Source of the DNA: a virus | DNA length: 64,000 nucleotides | Reading direction: 5' to 3' (one strand) | Virus record (IMG/VR): IMGVR_UViG_3300033997_000141 | Location: 1 to 64,000 of that record | Shown: positions 7,292 through 16,842 of the stretch, piece by piece | Layout: every line of letters starts with the position of its first letter | How positions within the stretch are numbered: position 1 is the first letter of the stretch | Program-made: the position numbers and the translations under genes | The notes under the pieces: model-generated | What the model was told of the DNA's origin: nothing | The model's database searches: none | Seen by the model: the letters and a program-made list of their open reading frames with translations, nothing else

Positions 7292-9109
7292 ATGACCATA
7301 GGGACGGGTTCATACGACCGGCTGCGCATGCGGTTGAACCGGGACGAGGGCATGGCCGCCCTCGACCAGGTAGTGCTGGACTACGGGTTCGTGGAGGGGC
7401 AGCCCTTCACGTTCAAGGACCACGAGTACCAGATCGAGATCATCAAGGACACCCGCCAGCGCATCGCGGTGCGCAAGTGCTCGCAGGTGGGACTGTCCGA
7501 GTTGATGGTGCAGAAGACCTTGGCCATGCTGATAGCCATGCGGCACATCCGCATCATCTTCACGCTGCCGACCTCCGACTTCGCCAATAAGTTCTCCAAG
7601 GACCGCTTCGACGGCGCGATCATCGCCTCTGAGCACTACACGGCGATGGTCCGGGCGGGCGACAACAGCGCCGGGCAGAAGCGCCTGGGCGATTCGATGC
7701 TCTACGTTGGCGGCACCTACGGCGCCCGCTCGGGCATCTCGATCCCGGCGGAGGTGCTGATCTCCGACGAGGTGGACTTCTCCAACCAGGTGGTGCTGGG
7801 CAAGCTCAACTCGCGTATCCGCCACGCCAAGACGAAGGACGAGAAGGGCAACCGCGGCTACCGGTACCGCTTCTCGACGCCGACCGTGGACGGCTACGGG
7901 GTGGACATCGACTTCAACAGCGGTGACCAGCGCTACTACTTCTGCAAGTGCGCCCACTGCGAGACCTGGGTTCTGCCGGAGTTCAAGAAGCACTTCGTGA
8001 TCCCCGGGTACGACGGCCAGATCAGCGAGTTCCGCCGCGACCACCTGGACGACAGCCGTTTCGATGTGGACGCCACCTGGATCCGCTGCGACAACTGCGG
8101 CAAGGACCTGCTGGGCAGCCTGCTCGACCCCGAGCGGCGGCAGTGGGTCGCCAAGCACCCCGACGTCTGGGACCACAGCTACCAGGTATCGCCTTGGGAC
8201 GTTCCGGTCTACAACGAACCGCACCAGATCATCAAGCAGCTCGCCGACTACCCGCTCTACTCCGACTACATGAACTTCGTGATCGGGCTGCCGCACTCCG
8301 ACCTCGAGAACACCTTCAACACCCAGCAGGGGCACAAGGATATCCACTGCACCCTGGAGCGCTGGGTGTATGGCGCGATCATCGAGAGTGCCTTGGTGGT
8401 GGGCGGTATGGACGTGGGCAAGATGATCCACCTGGCGGTGCAGATCCGCGTGGCCAGGGCCTGGCACGTCATCTGGATGGAGAAGATCAAGAACACCCCG
8501 GACCACCCTGCCTACCCGGTGGTGCTGGCGCGCTACGACGAGCTGGGTATGAGCAAGCTGTGTATCGACGCCGGCCCCGACATCACCCTGGTCAACATGC
8601 TGGTGGCGGCGCGCGACAACATCATCGCGGTCGAGTACGTGACCAACGTCTCCGGCATCGTGCCGTACAAGATCAAGGACGACGGGCGCTACCTGAGCGC
8701 TGACCGAACCAAGACGCTGGCCCAGGTGCTGGAGAACCACAACTACAACCGCATGTATTACCCGCGCGAGGAGAAGCTGAAGGAGGAGCTGTACCAGCAC
8801 CTCGCGACGACCAAGAAGATCGCCAGCAAGAACCACGACGGCACCATCACCCACAAGTTCATCAAGACCGACAAGAACGACCACTGGGTGCACTCGCTGA
8901 ACTACGCCAACATCGCCGGCCAACTGTGCGAGGACAGCTACCAGAGCACGGGCATTTCGGCGCCGGTGGCCGTCGGCAAGGTGGCGGTGGGGTCGAAGGC
9001 GCCGCCGAAGGAGGCCACCCGCGAAGATGCCCACGCCCTGAAGGGCCTGTTCGGTGTCGGGGTGGCCAGAAACAGCAAAATCGGGGTGCGTGCGAAACTT
9101 CTCCGCTAG
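7292..9109 (+). CDS. terminase large subunit (lambda gpA-like)
   Basis: VRKCSQVGLSE Walker A variant, ISDEVD Walker B, FSTPT motif, CxxC pairs, GGMDVG nuclease motif. Confidence 0.92.
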   Translation: MTIGTGSYDRLRMRLNRDEGMAALDQVVLDYGFVEGQPFTFKDHEYQIEIIKDTRQRIAVRKCSQVGLSELMVQKTLAMLIAMRHIRIIFTLPTSDFANKFSKDRFDGAIIASEHYTAMVRAGDNSAGQKRLGDSMLYVGGTYGARSGISIPAEVLISDEVDFSNQVVLGKLNSRIRHAKTKDEKGNRGYRYRFSTPTVDGYGVDIDFNSGDQRYYFCKCAHCETWVLPEFKKHFVIPGYDGQISEFRRDHLDDSRFDVDATWIRCDNCGKDLLGSLLDPERRQWVAKHPDVWDHSYQVSPWDVPVYNEPHQIIKQLADYPLYSDYMNFVIGLPHSDLENTFNTQQGHKDIHCTLERWVYGAIIESALVVGGMDVGKMIHLAVQIRVARAWHVIWMEKIKNTPDHPAYPVVLARYDELGMSKLCIDAGPDITLVNMLVAARDNIIAVEYVTNVSGIVPYKIKDDGRYLSADRTKTLAQVLENHNYNRMYYPREEKLKEELYQHLATTKKIASKNHDGTITHKFIKTDKNDHWVHSLNYANIAGQLCEDSYQSTGISAPVAVGKVAVGSKAPPKEATREDAHALKGLFGVGVARNSKIGVRAKLLR

Positions 9110-9195
9110 ACAGCGGACTTTTCGCAAGTGTATGATCCGACCCGTCCAACCTCCCGCAGAAGGATTTGCAATTAAGGAGGTTGGACGACTAAACT
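9107..9195 (+). promoter_or_regulatory. head-operon promoter region with 12-bp inverted repeat
   Basis: TAGACA-18-TATGAT (9107-9136) and TTGCAA-18-TAAACT (9166-9195). IR CGTCCAACCTCC/GGAGGTTGGACG (9143-9187). Confidence 0.5.
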
Positions 9196-9230
9196 CGCGC
9201 AAACTCTAGCAGGACGCTACGACCACCAGC

Positions 9231-10706
9231 ATGGCCGCCCAGAACGGAAGACGGACACCAGGCTCACAAGGATCGCGATTCCGCCAAGTCGGAACCGGCG
9301 ATGTGATCCTGCCTACCCGTAACCTGGCCGGCAAAGCTCGAGCACAGCGTCCAGGCTCGGACCAAGATCGCGGCACCGCGATCACGAACGCACTGACCCG
9401 CTACACGGCCAATGCGATCAACCAGGTCCAGAACAAGACCGACATCAACGACATCATCCGCACGCTGATCCGTGAGGATGGTCTCTTCAGTTCCGCCGCA
9501 AACTCCATGGTGGCCTTGTCCACCGGCGCAGGCTTCCGCCTGGCCGGCTTCGACTCGACTGGGGCCATGGACTTGGGCGTGATGGCGCTGGCCTACTCCC
9601 TCATGGACCGGTTCAGCACGCTGCACGACTACAGCCAGGGCTACAACGACAAGCCCGCCATGCAGACGCTGCTGGCGATGATGCAGATGGACGTCGTGAC
9701 CACCGGTGGGTGCGGCACTGAATTGGTGCTGGACCCGGCCTTTGGCCCTGAGCGCCTGGTGCCGATTGGCTACTCCACCATCGGGTGGTACGCCGACGGC
9801 AAAGGCGGTCGCTTCCCGACCCAGGACAACGGTGAGATCGAGCTGAACATCCCCACGGTGTTCATCGCCGAGCACAACCGGAACCCGGATGAGGCGTATG
9901 CGGTGTCGCTACTTCGCCCGGGCCTGTCCCATACCATCAACTTCAACTCGTTCCTCGAGGACACCCACAGGACCTTGAACCGCACAGGCCACAGCCGCCT
10001 TATCGCGTTGATCAAGGCCCAGGCCGTGCTCGAGGGGATGTCGGAGAAGGACCGCCGGGACCCGAAGAAGGTCAACGATCTGTTCGCCACGGTGAAGGCC
10101 GAGATCGAGCAGGCGCTGGCCGAGATGGAGCCGGAGGACGCCCTGGTGGCGTTCGACAGCGTCGAGTTCGAGATCAAGGACACCGGTGGCAACAAGTCCG
10201 ACTACACCGGAATGCTGACCACGTTGGGCAACCTGCTGGGCGCGGCGCTGAAGACCCCGGCATCCGTGTCGGGGCTGCGTGCGGGAGGCGGCCAGGCGCT
10301 GTCGAACGCCGAGACGTTGATCTACCTGCAAGTCGTGCAGGCCTGCCGCCCTCCGGTGGAAGAAGCAATGTCTCGTGCGCTGACGCTGGCGTGTCGGCTG
10401 CTGGGCATCGATGGCTACGTGACCTTCGAGTTCCTGCCGATCAACCTGCGCCCGGACGCGGAGCTGGAGGCCTACCTGGCCACCCGCCAGAAGCGTGTGC
10501 TGGAGCAGCTGAGCTACGGCGTGATCAACGACGCACAAGCATGCTGGGAGCTGGGCATCCGCCCACAAGGCCTGGCCAAACCGCTGGCGGGCACGGGCTT
10601 CTTCGCGAAGTCGGCCTCCAGCGCCACAAACACCGACCGCTCAGGCTCCGCCGAAGGCGCGCTGGCACCTGACACCCCTGCCCAAAGCGGCGGGGATGAC
10701 CAGTAA
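9231..10706 (+). CDS. portal protein
   Basis: 491 aa between TerL and the protease; synteny. Confidence 0.8.
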   Translation: MAAQNGRRTPGSQGSRFRQVGTGDVILPTRNLAGKARAQRPGSDQDRGTAITNALTRYTANAINQVQNKTDINDIIRTLIREDGLFSSAANSMVALSTGAGFRLAGFDSTGAMDLGVMALAYSLMDRFSTLHDYSQGYNDKPAMQTLLAMMQMDVVTTGGCGTELVLDPAFGPERLVPIGYSTIGWYADGKGGRFPTQDNGEIELNIPTVFIAEHNRNPDEAYAVSLLRPGLSHTINFNSFLEDTHRTLNRTGHSRLIALIKAQAVLEGMSEKDRRDPKKVNDLFATVKAEIEQALAEMEPEDALVAFDSVEFEIKDTGGNKSDYTGMLTTLGNLLGAALKTPASVSGLRAGGGQALSNAETLIYLQVVQACRPPVEEAMSRALTLACRLLGIDGYVTFEFLPINLRPDAELEAYLATRQKRVLEQLSYGVINDAQACWELGIRPQGLAKPLAGTGFFAKSASSATNTDRSGSAEGALAPDTPAQSGGDDQ

Positions 10707-10716
10707 GGAGACTGGC

Positions 10717-12186
10717 ATGGAAGAACAGATTTGGCTGGGCTCCGAGGCTTCGCACCAAGTGGTGATGAAGTACCTCACCGAGTTCACCCACACGAACTTC
10801 AACAAGGAAGCGTTCTTCCCGTCGCCGTTTGACGACGAGCCGACCACTGACCCAGTGTTCGGCGTGTCGAGCGATCGCGTGGGCCTGAGCGTGCTGCGCA
10901 AGCTGGGCGAGCAGACCGTCATTCAGGTGCACGGCTCCCTGGTGCCGAACTTCTCCCGCTGGCACGTATGGTTCCGCGGCTCGGCCGTCAGCTACGAGGC
11001 CATCCGTGATGCCCTGGCAATCTGCGAAGAGGCCGGCATCAAGGACGTGATCATGCACTTCGACACCAACGGTGGATCGGTGCGCGGCATGTCGCAGACT
11101 TCGGACGCCATGAAGCGTTACCAGCGCACCGGTGGCAAGCTGCGTGGTCACACTGACGCCCTGGCAGCCTCGGCCGGTTACTGGCTGCTGTGCGGCTGCG
11201 ACACGGTCACCGCCAGCGAGATGGCCGAGATCGGCAGCATCGGCACCATGGCCGTGATCACCACCCTGGTGAACACAGAGGCCACGCGCGGCGTGAAGTT
11301 CACGGTGATCAAGGCGGGCAAATACAAGGCCTTGGGCAACCCCTACGAGGAGCTGACCGACGAGGTCAAGAAGCGCCTGCAACAGAACATTGACGAGACC
11401 AACGACTTCTTCCTGAAGCGTGTGTCCGTCGCCCGGAACCTGATGATCAGTGACACTGGCATCTGGGCCGAGGGCCAAGTCTTCTTCGCCGAAAAGGCGC
11501 GGCAGGTTGGCCTCATCGACAAGGTCACCACCATGGATGACCTCATTGGAAGCGGCCCTGCCGCGAATAACCCGAGCGATACACGGAGGTTCGAGATGGA
11601 AATTTCCGCAGAAAAGCTCGCTCAAATTCAGGCAGGCGCTGATCCGAAAGACGTCCTGACCGAAGCTGAGCTGAAGCTGTACATGGCCAACCTGTCTGAA
11701 GCCAAGACCGATCCGGTGGATGACCCTGTCGCGAAAGCCGCTGCCACGCAGACCGAGGCAGAAGCTGCCGCGGCCGCTGAAGCCGAGAAGAAAGCTGCTG
11801 CCCCAGCCGCGGCCGTCAGCATGAGCGACGAGCTGAAGAAGTCGCTGCGCGAGAACGGCGTGCTTGAAACCAAGCTGGAAATGTCGCTCGCCGAAGTGGC
11901 CCAGCTGAAGGAAGCCAACGAGACCCTGACCAAGTCCATGGACTCGCTCCTGGTCGTGGCTCAGGCCTCCGTCACCAACCTGCAGAAAGCCATGGGCAAG
12001 CCGTTGGAGATCAAGAACTCCGTGGCCGAGGTGCTGGCTCAGTACAACGAGCTGCAGGGCCAGATGGCCAAGGTCTTCAAGACTGGACAGCAATCGCAAG
12101 CCACGTCCGTTCAGGACACCACGGTGAAATCGGACACGCTGGATTATCGCCTGTCCATGACCCAACCTTCGAAAACCGGCCGGTAA
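10717..12186 (+). CDS. prohead protease (S49/SppA family) fused to scaffold domain
   Basis: DTNGGS, AASAGYWL, GSIG, AGKYK S49 motifs; coiled-coil C-terminus; TAAGGAG SD. Confidence 0.9.
   Translation: MEEQIWLGSEASHQVVMKYLTEFTHTNFNKEAFFPSPFDDEPTTDPVFGVSSDRVGLSVLRKLGEQTVIQVHGSLVPNFSRWHVWFRGSAVSYEAIRDALAICEEAGIKDVIMHFDTNGGSVRGMSQTSDAMKRYQRTGGKLRGHTDALAASAGYWLLCGCDTVTASEMAEIGSIGTMAVITTLVNTEATRGVKFTVIKAGKYKALGNPYEELTDEVKKRLQQNIDETNDFFLKRVSVARNLMISDTGIWAEGQVFFAEKARQVGLIDKVTTMDDLIGSGPAANNPSDTRRFEMEISAEKLAQIQAGADPKDVLTEAELKLYMANLSEAKTDPVDDPVAKAAATQTEAEAAAAAEAEKKAAAPAAAVSMSDELKKSLRENGVLETKLEMSLAEVAQLKEANETLTKSMDSLLVVAQASVTNLQKAMGKPLEIKNSVAEVLAQYNELQGQMAKVFKTGQQSQATSVQDTTVKSDTLDYRLSMTQPSKTGR
11596..12186 (+). 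CDS. nested in-frame scaffolding protein (Nu3-like)
   Basis: Internal GGAGGT SD 5 nt before in-frame ATG 11596, just after the protease domain. Confidence 0.65.
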   Translation: MEISAEKLAQIQAGADPKDVLTEAELKLYMANLSEAKTDPVDDPVAKAAATQTEAEAAAAAEAEKKAAAPAAAVSMSDELKKSLRENGVLETKLEMSLAEVAQLKEANETLTKSMDSLLVVAQASVTNLQKAMGKPLEIKNSVAEVLAQYNELQGQMAKVFKTGQQSQATSVQDTTVKSDTLDYRLSMTQPSKTGR

Positions 12187-12198
12187 GGAGACCATCCC

Positions 12199-12684
12199 AT
12201 GGCTAAGTTTGCATTCGCCGTTCTGACCAACGATCCGAACCGTCTGAACGTCATTTCCACCAAGCTGGGCTCGCGCGTGGGCACCACCATCGAGAACAAG
12301 GCGGGCCTGGGTGAGTACAGCGACGCCGAGATCAAGAAGGCGGTGAAGCTGGGCACCCAGAACAACTACCTGCTCTGCGCCGACGGCGACGAACTCGACG
12401 CCTTCGTCGATAACATCGACGCCGGCGGTACCGAAGACGGCTGGACCTTCGGCGGTGTTGCTCGCGGCAACGTGGGCCAGCGCCACGAGGTGCAGGTTGC
12501 CTCCGGTGTAGCCACTCCTCTGGTGATCGGTGACCTGGTGGTCGCTGGCACTCAGCTGCCGGTGGGTACCAAAGGCCTCGCCCAGGTCAAGAAGGGCACT
12601 CCCGCGCTGCACAAGTATCGCGTGATGCGCATCCTCACCGGCACCGGCGTTGCTGGTGACAAAGTATTGATCGAGAAGGTCTGA
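12199..12684 (+). CDS. head decoration/cement protein
   Basis: Small beta-rich ORF between protease and major capsid; strong SD. Confidence 0.7.
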   Translation: MAKFAFAVLTNDPNRLNVISTKLGSRVGTTIENKAGLGEYSDAEIKKAVKLGTQNNYLLCADGDELDAFVDNIDAGGTEDGWTFGGVARGNVGQRHEVQVASGVATPLVIGDLVVAGTQLPVGTKGLAQVKKGTPALHKYRVMRILTGTGVAGDKVLIEKV

Positions 12685-12727
12685 GGCTCGCGCCTCAGCT
12701 CCCCTCACCTGACCAAGGAATTAGGCC

Positions 12728-13897
12728 ATGGCACAGTTTGAACTGAAGTACGCTGGTAACGACGGCAAAGAGAAGACCCTCGAATGCGACGTCGATATCT
12801 ACAAAAAGGCCGCTGATGCAGGTATGAACCTGCGCCAGTACATGGCCGCGACCATCCACGACGTTGACCGTAGCAAAGGCCACGTCCTCGACCAGATGAT
12901 GACGACAGCGTCGCTGAACGACAGCGTGCTGAACATCGGCTCGGCGCTGACCATGGCCGAGATCGCCGGCATGGCCAGCGGTTCGTTCCGTCGTCCTGAC
13001 GGCACCGACAATAGCCTGGGCGCTCGCCTGCTGTACCCGCAGCTGATCCTGGAAACCCTGAACGCCAACGCCCTGCGCGATGACGGCTCGGACATCCTGG
13101 CCATCTGGCAGCGTCTGGTTGCAGTCACCCGCAACATCAACGGCACCAAGGCCGATCAGCCGATCATCGACACCTCGGCGCCGGAAGAAAGCCGCAGCGG
13201 CCGAATCACGCAGATGGCTGAACCGGAAACCATGGTTTCCATCACCACCGGCGACAAGTCGTACCGCATCCCGACCTACTCGATCGGTCTGACCATCTCC
13301 GACGAGGCCATGGCCGCTACCACCATCGACCTGGTGCGTATCGTCATGGAAGCCCAGTCGCGTGGTAACCGCATCCGCACCGTCAACGAGCAGCTGCGCT
13401 CGATGGTCCTGGGTGACAAGGACCGCGGTATCGAAGCCCTGCCGCAGACCAAAATCGGCACCTTCGACCCGGCCATCGTCGCCGACGGCACCATCACCAA
13501 GCGCGCGCTGATCAAGTGGCTGCACTCGGTGCAGAAGACCGCCAACATCGCCACCGTGCTGACCGACATCGACACCGCCATCACCGTCGATGACGCAGTG
13601 CTGCCGAAGGTCACCGGCCAGGACTCCTCGAAGATCGCCACCCCGTGGGCCGGCGTGAACCTGGGCATCACCTCGCCGGAGATCATCCCGTTCGACACCG
13701 ACGTGTTCGGCGCGGGCATCATGGTCGGCCTGGACCCGCGCTACGCGATCCAGCGCTTCGTCAACATCTCGGCGACCTACGACGCCATCGAGCACTACGT
13801 CATGCGTAAGGCCACGTCCTTCCGCGTTGACTATGGCGAAATGGCCACCCGCCTCTACGACGAGGCCTGGTCGGTGGTTAGCCTCGAGAAGGCCTAA
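12728..13897 (+). CDS. major capsid protein
   Basis: 389 aa, strongly biased codons, position; followed by a stable hairpin. Confidence 0.85.
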   Translation: MAQFELKYAGNDGKEKTLECDVDIYKKAADAGMNLRQYMAATIHDVDRSKGHVLDQMMTTASLNDSVLNIGSALTMAEIAGMASGSFRRPDGTDNSLGARLLYPQLILETLNANALRDDGSDILAIWQRLVAVTRNINGTKADQPIIDTSAPEESRSGRITQMAEPETMVSITTGDKSYRIPTYSIGLTISDEAMAATTIDLVRIVMEAQSRGNRIRTVNEQLRSMVLGDKDRGIEALPQTKIGTFDPAIVADGTITKRALIKWLHSVQKTANIATVLTDIDTAITVDDAVLPKVTGQDSSKIATPWAGVNLGITSPEIIPFDTDVFGAGIMVGLDPRYAIQRFVNISATYDAIEHYVMRKATSFRVDYGEMATRLYDEAWSVVSLEKA

Positions 13898-13901
13898 CCT
13901 C

Positions 13902-13925
13902 AGCGGGGCGCTTCGGCGCCCCGCT
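13902..13925 (+). terminator. 10-bp GC hairpin with C(UUCG)G loop after the capsid gene (mRNA stabiliser or weak terminator)
   Basis: AGCGGGGCGC-TTCG-GCGCCCCGCT; no U-tract. Confidence 0.6.
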
Positions 13926-13952
13926 CCCCATTGACGATGCGAGGACACGAAC

Positions 13953-14492
13953 ATGGCTTTGAAGAAAAGCACCCCGGCGCCCCAAGAGGGCACCGAGCTG
14001 ACCGCAGAGGAAAAGGCCAAACAGGCTGAAGCCGCGCGCCGGGTCCAGGAACAAGCTGACGCCGAGGCGGAAGAACAGCGCCTGAAGGAAGAGGAAGAAG
14101 CTCGCCTGGCCCAGGAACAGCAGGCTGCCCGCGATGAAGATGCACGCCGGGCCCAGGAGCAGGCGGACGCTGAGGCCGAGGAACAGCGCCTGAAGGACGA
14201 GGAAGAAGCTGCAGAAGCTGACCGCGTTCGCCAGGAGCAGGAAGAGGCCCAACGCCAGGCTGATGAAAAGGCCGCGCAGGAAGCCGAAGAGGAACGCCTG
14301 CGCCAGGAAGCCGAGGCCGCCGGTCGCAAGCAGGACGAGGAGGAAGAGTTCGTCCTGGTGAAGAACATCAGCAAGGTGGACTGGCGTCAGCCTTCCACGG
14401 GCATGTGGATCGACACCGGCGAGACCAAGAAGCTTGCCAATGACGGCTGGCTGCGCAACTTCATCAAGGCGCGACTGTTCGAGAAGGCTTGA
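13953..14492 (+). CDS. virion/assembly protein with repeated E/A/Q/R coiled coil
   Basis: ARRxQEQADAEAEEQRLKxEEEA occurs twice; small globular C-terminus. Confidence 0.75.
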   Translation: MALKKSTPAPQEGTELTAEEKAKQAEAARRVQEQADAEAEEQRLKEEEEARLAQEQQAARDEDARRAQEQADAEAEEQRLKDEEEAAEADRVRQEQEEAQRQADEKAAQEAEEERLRQEAEAAGRKQDEEEEFVLVKNISKVDWRQPSTGMWIDTGETKKLANDGWLRNFIKARLFEKA

Positions 14493-14494
14493 CT

Positions 14495-14950
14495 ATGGAC
14501 TACCTTGGCCTGACCACCACTGAGCAGATCCTCAACGTCCTCACGGTTGACGAGGAAGACCTGTCGCAGGAGCAGATTGACGGCTACGGCCTGATCGACG
14601 ACCTGACTATCGACCTGGTCAGCCAGCTGCCGACGTGGGCGGATGTTCTGGCCACAGGTAGCCCCGTCAACCAGGCTCGCCTGCGCTCCTACGCGAAGTA
14701 TTTCTGCGCGGGCACCCTGGCGGTGAGCGCGCAGGTCTTCGTGCTGAAGAAGGCCACCGACGGCAACAACGAAGGCCAGCGCAGCGACAAGGATGGCTGG
14801 GAGTTCCTGTCCCTCAAGTTCCTGAGCAAGGCCCAGGGCTTTATGGACGACCTCCTCGATGACCTGGGCCTGACGCCTTCGGTAACGATCACCCCGATCA
14901 TTGGCCGGGTGATCCCGGACCGAGATGTGATCACCGAACCAAGGAGCTGA
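14495..14950 (+). CDS. head-tail adaptor (putative)
   Basis: Synteny and size. Confidence 0.6.
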   Translation: MDYLGLTTTEQILNVLTVDEEDLSQEQIDGYGLIDDLTIDLVSQLPTWADVLATGSPVNQARLRSYAKYFCAGTLAVSAQVFVLKKATDGNNEGQRSDKDGWEFLSLKFLSKAQGFMDDLLDDLGLTPSVTITPIIGRVIPDRDVITEPRS

Positions 14951-14952
14951 CG

Positions 14953-15873
14953 GTGAAGATCAAGAAGATCGCTATGCGCAAGGTGACGGAGAGGATGGAG
15001 GCCTGGGACCCGCTGACTGAGACCTGGGTACCGGACGCTTTCGTTGCGCGCCTCGATCCGACTGATCGCTTCCTCAGCAACTTCAACAAGCCCACCCGGC
15101 GCCGCATGTTGTTCGCGGACAACGAGTGTGTGTTTCCGGAAAGTAGGACGTTCCGGCACCCTGGTACACACGACGTGTACATTCTTGGAATCACGCGGCA
15201 GGATGCCCGGGGAGGGAACCCCTACCTCGGCCTGACCGTCTGCCAACTGGCCACGGATGTGCCGGGCGGCAGCTCCGGTCTCGCCACCATTACCCGTCGG
15301 GAGGCTGTAGGGCCTGCCAACGACCCAGGCTGGCTCGTAGAGCGCGAGTTCGCCAAGGCCTTCATCGACCTTGAGTTCCGCACCAGCGCCAACGAGCCGA
15401 ACGCCACCGACCTGAAGATCGAGAACTACTTTGCCTTCCTGCCGATCAACGTGCAGCCGAAGGAGTGGGATTTCGTTAACCTCCACGGGGTTCGTTACAG
15501 GGTCGTGGACACGTTCGCTGACTCGGGCTTCTTCGGTCTGCGGATCGACCACGAGGAAGACTTCCGCACCGACTTCACCCTGACGGTGACCGAGGCGCGC
15601 CGGCTCGACCGGACCACCCAGCAATACACCGACGAGGTGACTCGCGTTCACCAGGTTACCGGGGTGATGAGCAACCTGAACGACTTCCCGCTGTGGAACA
15701 CCGATGCGGACCGGTATTTCGACGTCTACTTCCAGACCGAGCACCTGCCCAACGACATCGAATACAGCTCCAGCAAGCACCAGATGTGGCTGGAGATCCA
15801 TGGGGTAAAGCGCCAGGTGAACAAGGTCTCGACGCAGGCCGGCGAGCGCCAGATCCAGTTCAGGTGTAAGTGA
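14953..15873 (+). CDS. head closure / virion structural protein (putative)
   Basis: Synteny; AAGGAG SD with GTG start. Confidence 0.55.
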   Translation: MKIKKIAMRKVTERMEAWDPLTETWVPDAFVARLDPTDRFLSNFNKPTRRRMLFADNECVFPESRTFRHPGTHDVYILGITRQDARGGNPYLGLTVCQLATDVPGGSSGLATITRREAVGPANDPGWLVEREFAKAFIDLEFRTSANEPNATDLKIENYFAFLPINVQPKEWDFVNLHGVRYRVVDTFADSGFFGLRIDHEEDFRTDFTLTVTEARRLDRTTQQYTDEVTRVHQVTGVMSNLNDFPLWNTDADRYFDVYFQTEHLPNDIEYSSSKHQMWLEIHGVKRQVNKVSTQAGERQIQFRCK

Positions 15874-16382
15874 TGGCCGGGAAATTCTCCAAGGCCACGG
15901 AGCAGTTCAACATCGACCTCGGAGCCCTGTTCAACAGGGCGATCCGCATGGCGCTGCTGGCGGGCCTGGCCATGGCCGTGCGTACCACCAAGCACGACTC
16001 CTCCAACGCTGCGGTCCACTGGCTGGTCGCCGCGCGCGGGCGCAGCCGCCCGGGCGGACGCCGGTATGGCAAACTGCGGGACTTACGAGGTACAGCAACT
16101 CGCCCTGGTACGCCGCCGGTGGGTAAACGAAGGGATGGGGGAAAGAACGCTGCGTTGGCCGAGCGCTTCGTGCGCAACCGGGAGCTGTCGGAGGTGATTG
16201 ATAAGCTGGTGTCCGGGCGAAAGCCTGAGACCCTGTTCTACTTTTACCACCCGCTGCAGTCGGGCGAGGAGTACACCGACAACGCCCTGGTGGAGGAGGC
16301 GGGAAAAGCCGCGCTGGCGGAGACACTGCGCGTTATGCAGAATAGAATAGCGGCCGGACAAGCAAGGAAGCGACCGATATGA
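15873..16382 (+). CDS. tail completion/neck protein (putative)
   Basis: Basic 169-aa ORF, TGATG coupling, synteny. Confidence 0.55.
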   Translation: MAGKFSKATEQFNIDLGALFNRAIRMALLAGLAMAVRTTKHDSSNAAVHWLVAARGRSRPGGRRYGKLRDLRGTATRPGTPPVGKRRDGGKNAALAERFVRNRELSEVIDKLVSGRKPETLFYFYHPLQSGEEYTDNALVEEAGKAALAETLRVMQNRIAAGQARKRPI

Positions 16383-16837
16383 GCAACACCATGCTCAGCT
16401 CCATGACCGAATCACACCTGCGGGTGCGATCGTACCTGAACGACAAGTTCGCGGCGGAGAAACCGGACGCTCTCTACACGTTCGACCTGGACGAGTGCAT
16501 CGACGCCAGTCTGGCCGAGAGCGGTGTGCTGTTGGAGCAAGACCAAGACTTCTGGCTGTTCGAGCTCAACATCGAGCGCGGGCGCAGAGCGGGACCGAGC
16601 GTGGTTTCACCACGGCGGTACCGAGGAGAGCTTGACCTGGCCTTTTTCACGAAGAAGCCGAGGGACCAGGTCAAGTACACAGGGATGTTGGAAGCTGTTG
16701 CAGATTGGCTGCAGGACCAGACCATCAATGGCATTCGGTTCCGCACCTTCAATCCTACCTCTCCTGTGGATATCCATGGCTTCACCTCGTACAACGGGGT
16801 GATTGTCTTCGAGTTTGACATTTACTTGACGAGGTGA
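16379..16837 (+). CDS. tail terminator (putative)
   Basis: Directly upstream of the tail tube gene. Confidence 0.55.
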   Translation: MSNTMLSSMTESHLRVRSYLNDKFAAEKPDALYTFDLDECIDASLAESGVLLEQDQDFWLFELNIERGRRAGPSVVSPRRYRGELDLAFFTKKPRDQVKYTGMLEAVADWLQDQTINGIRFRTFNPTSPVDIHGFTSYNGVIVFEFDIYLTR

Positions 16838-16842
16838 TGGCT

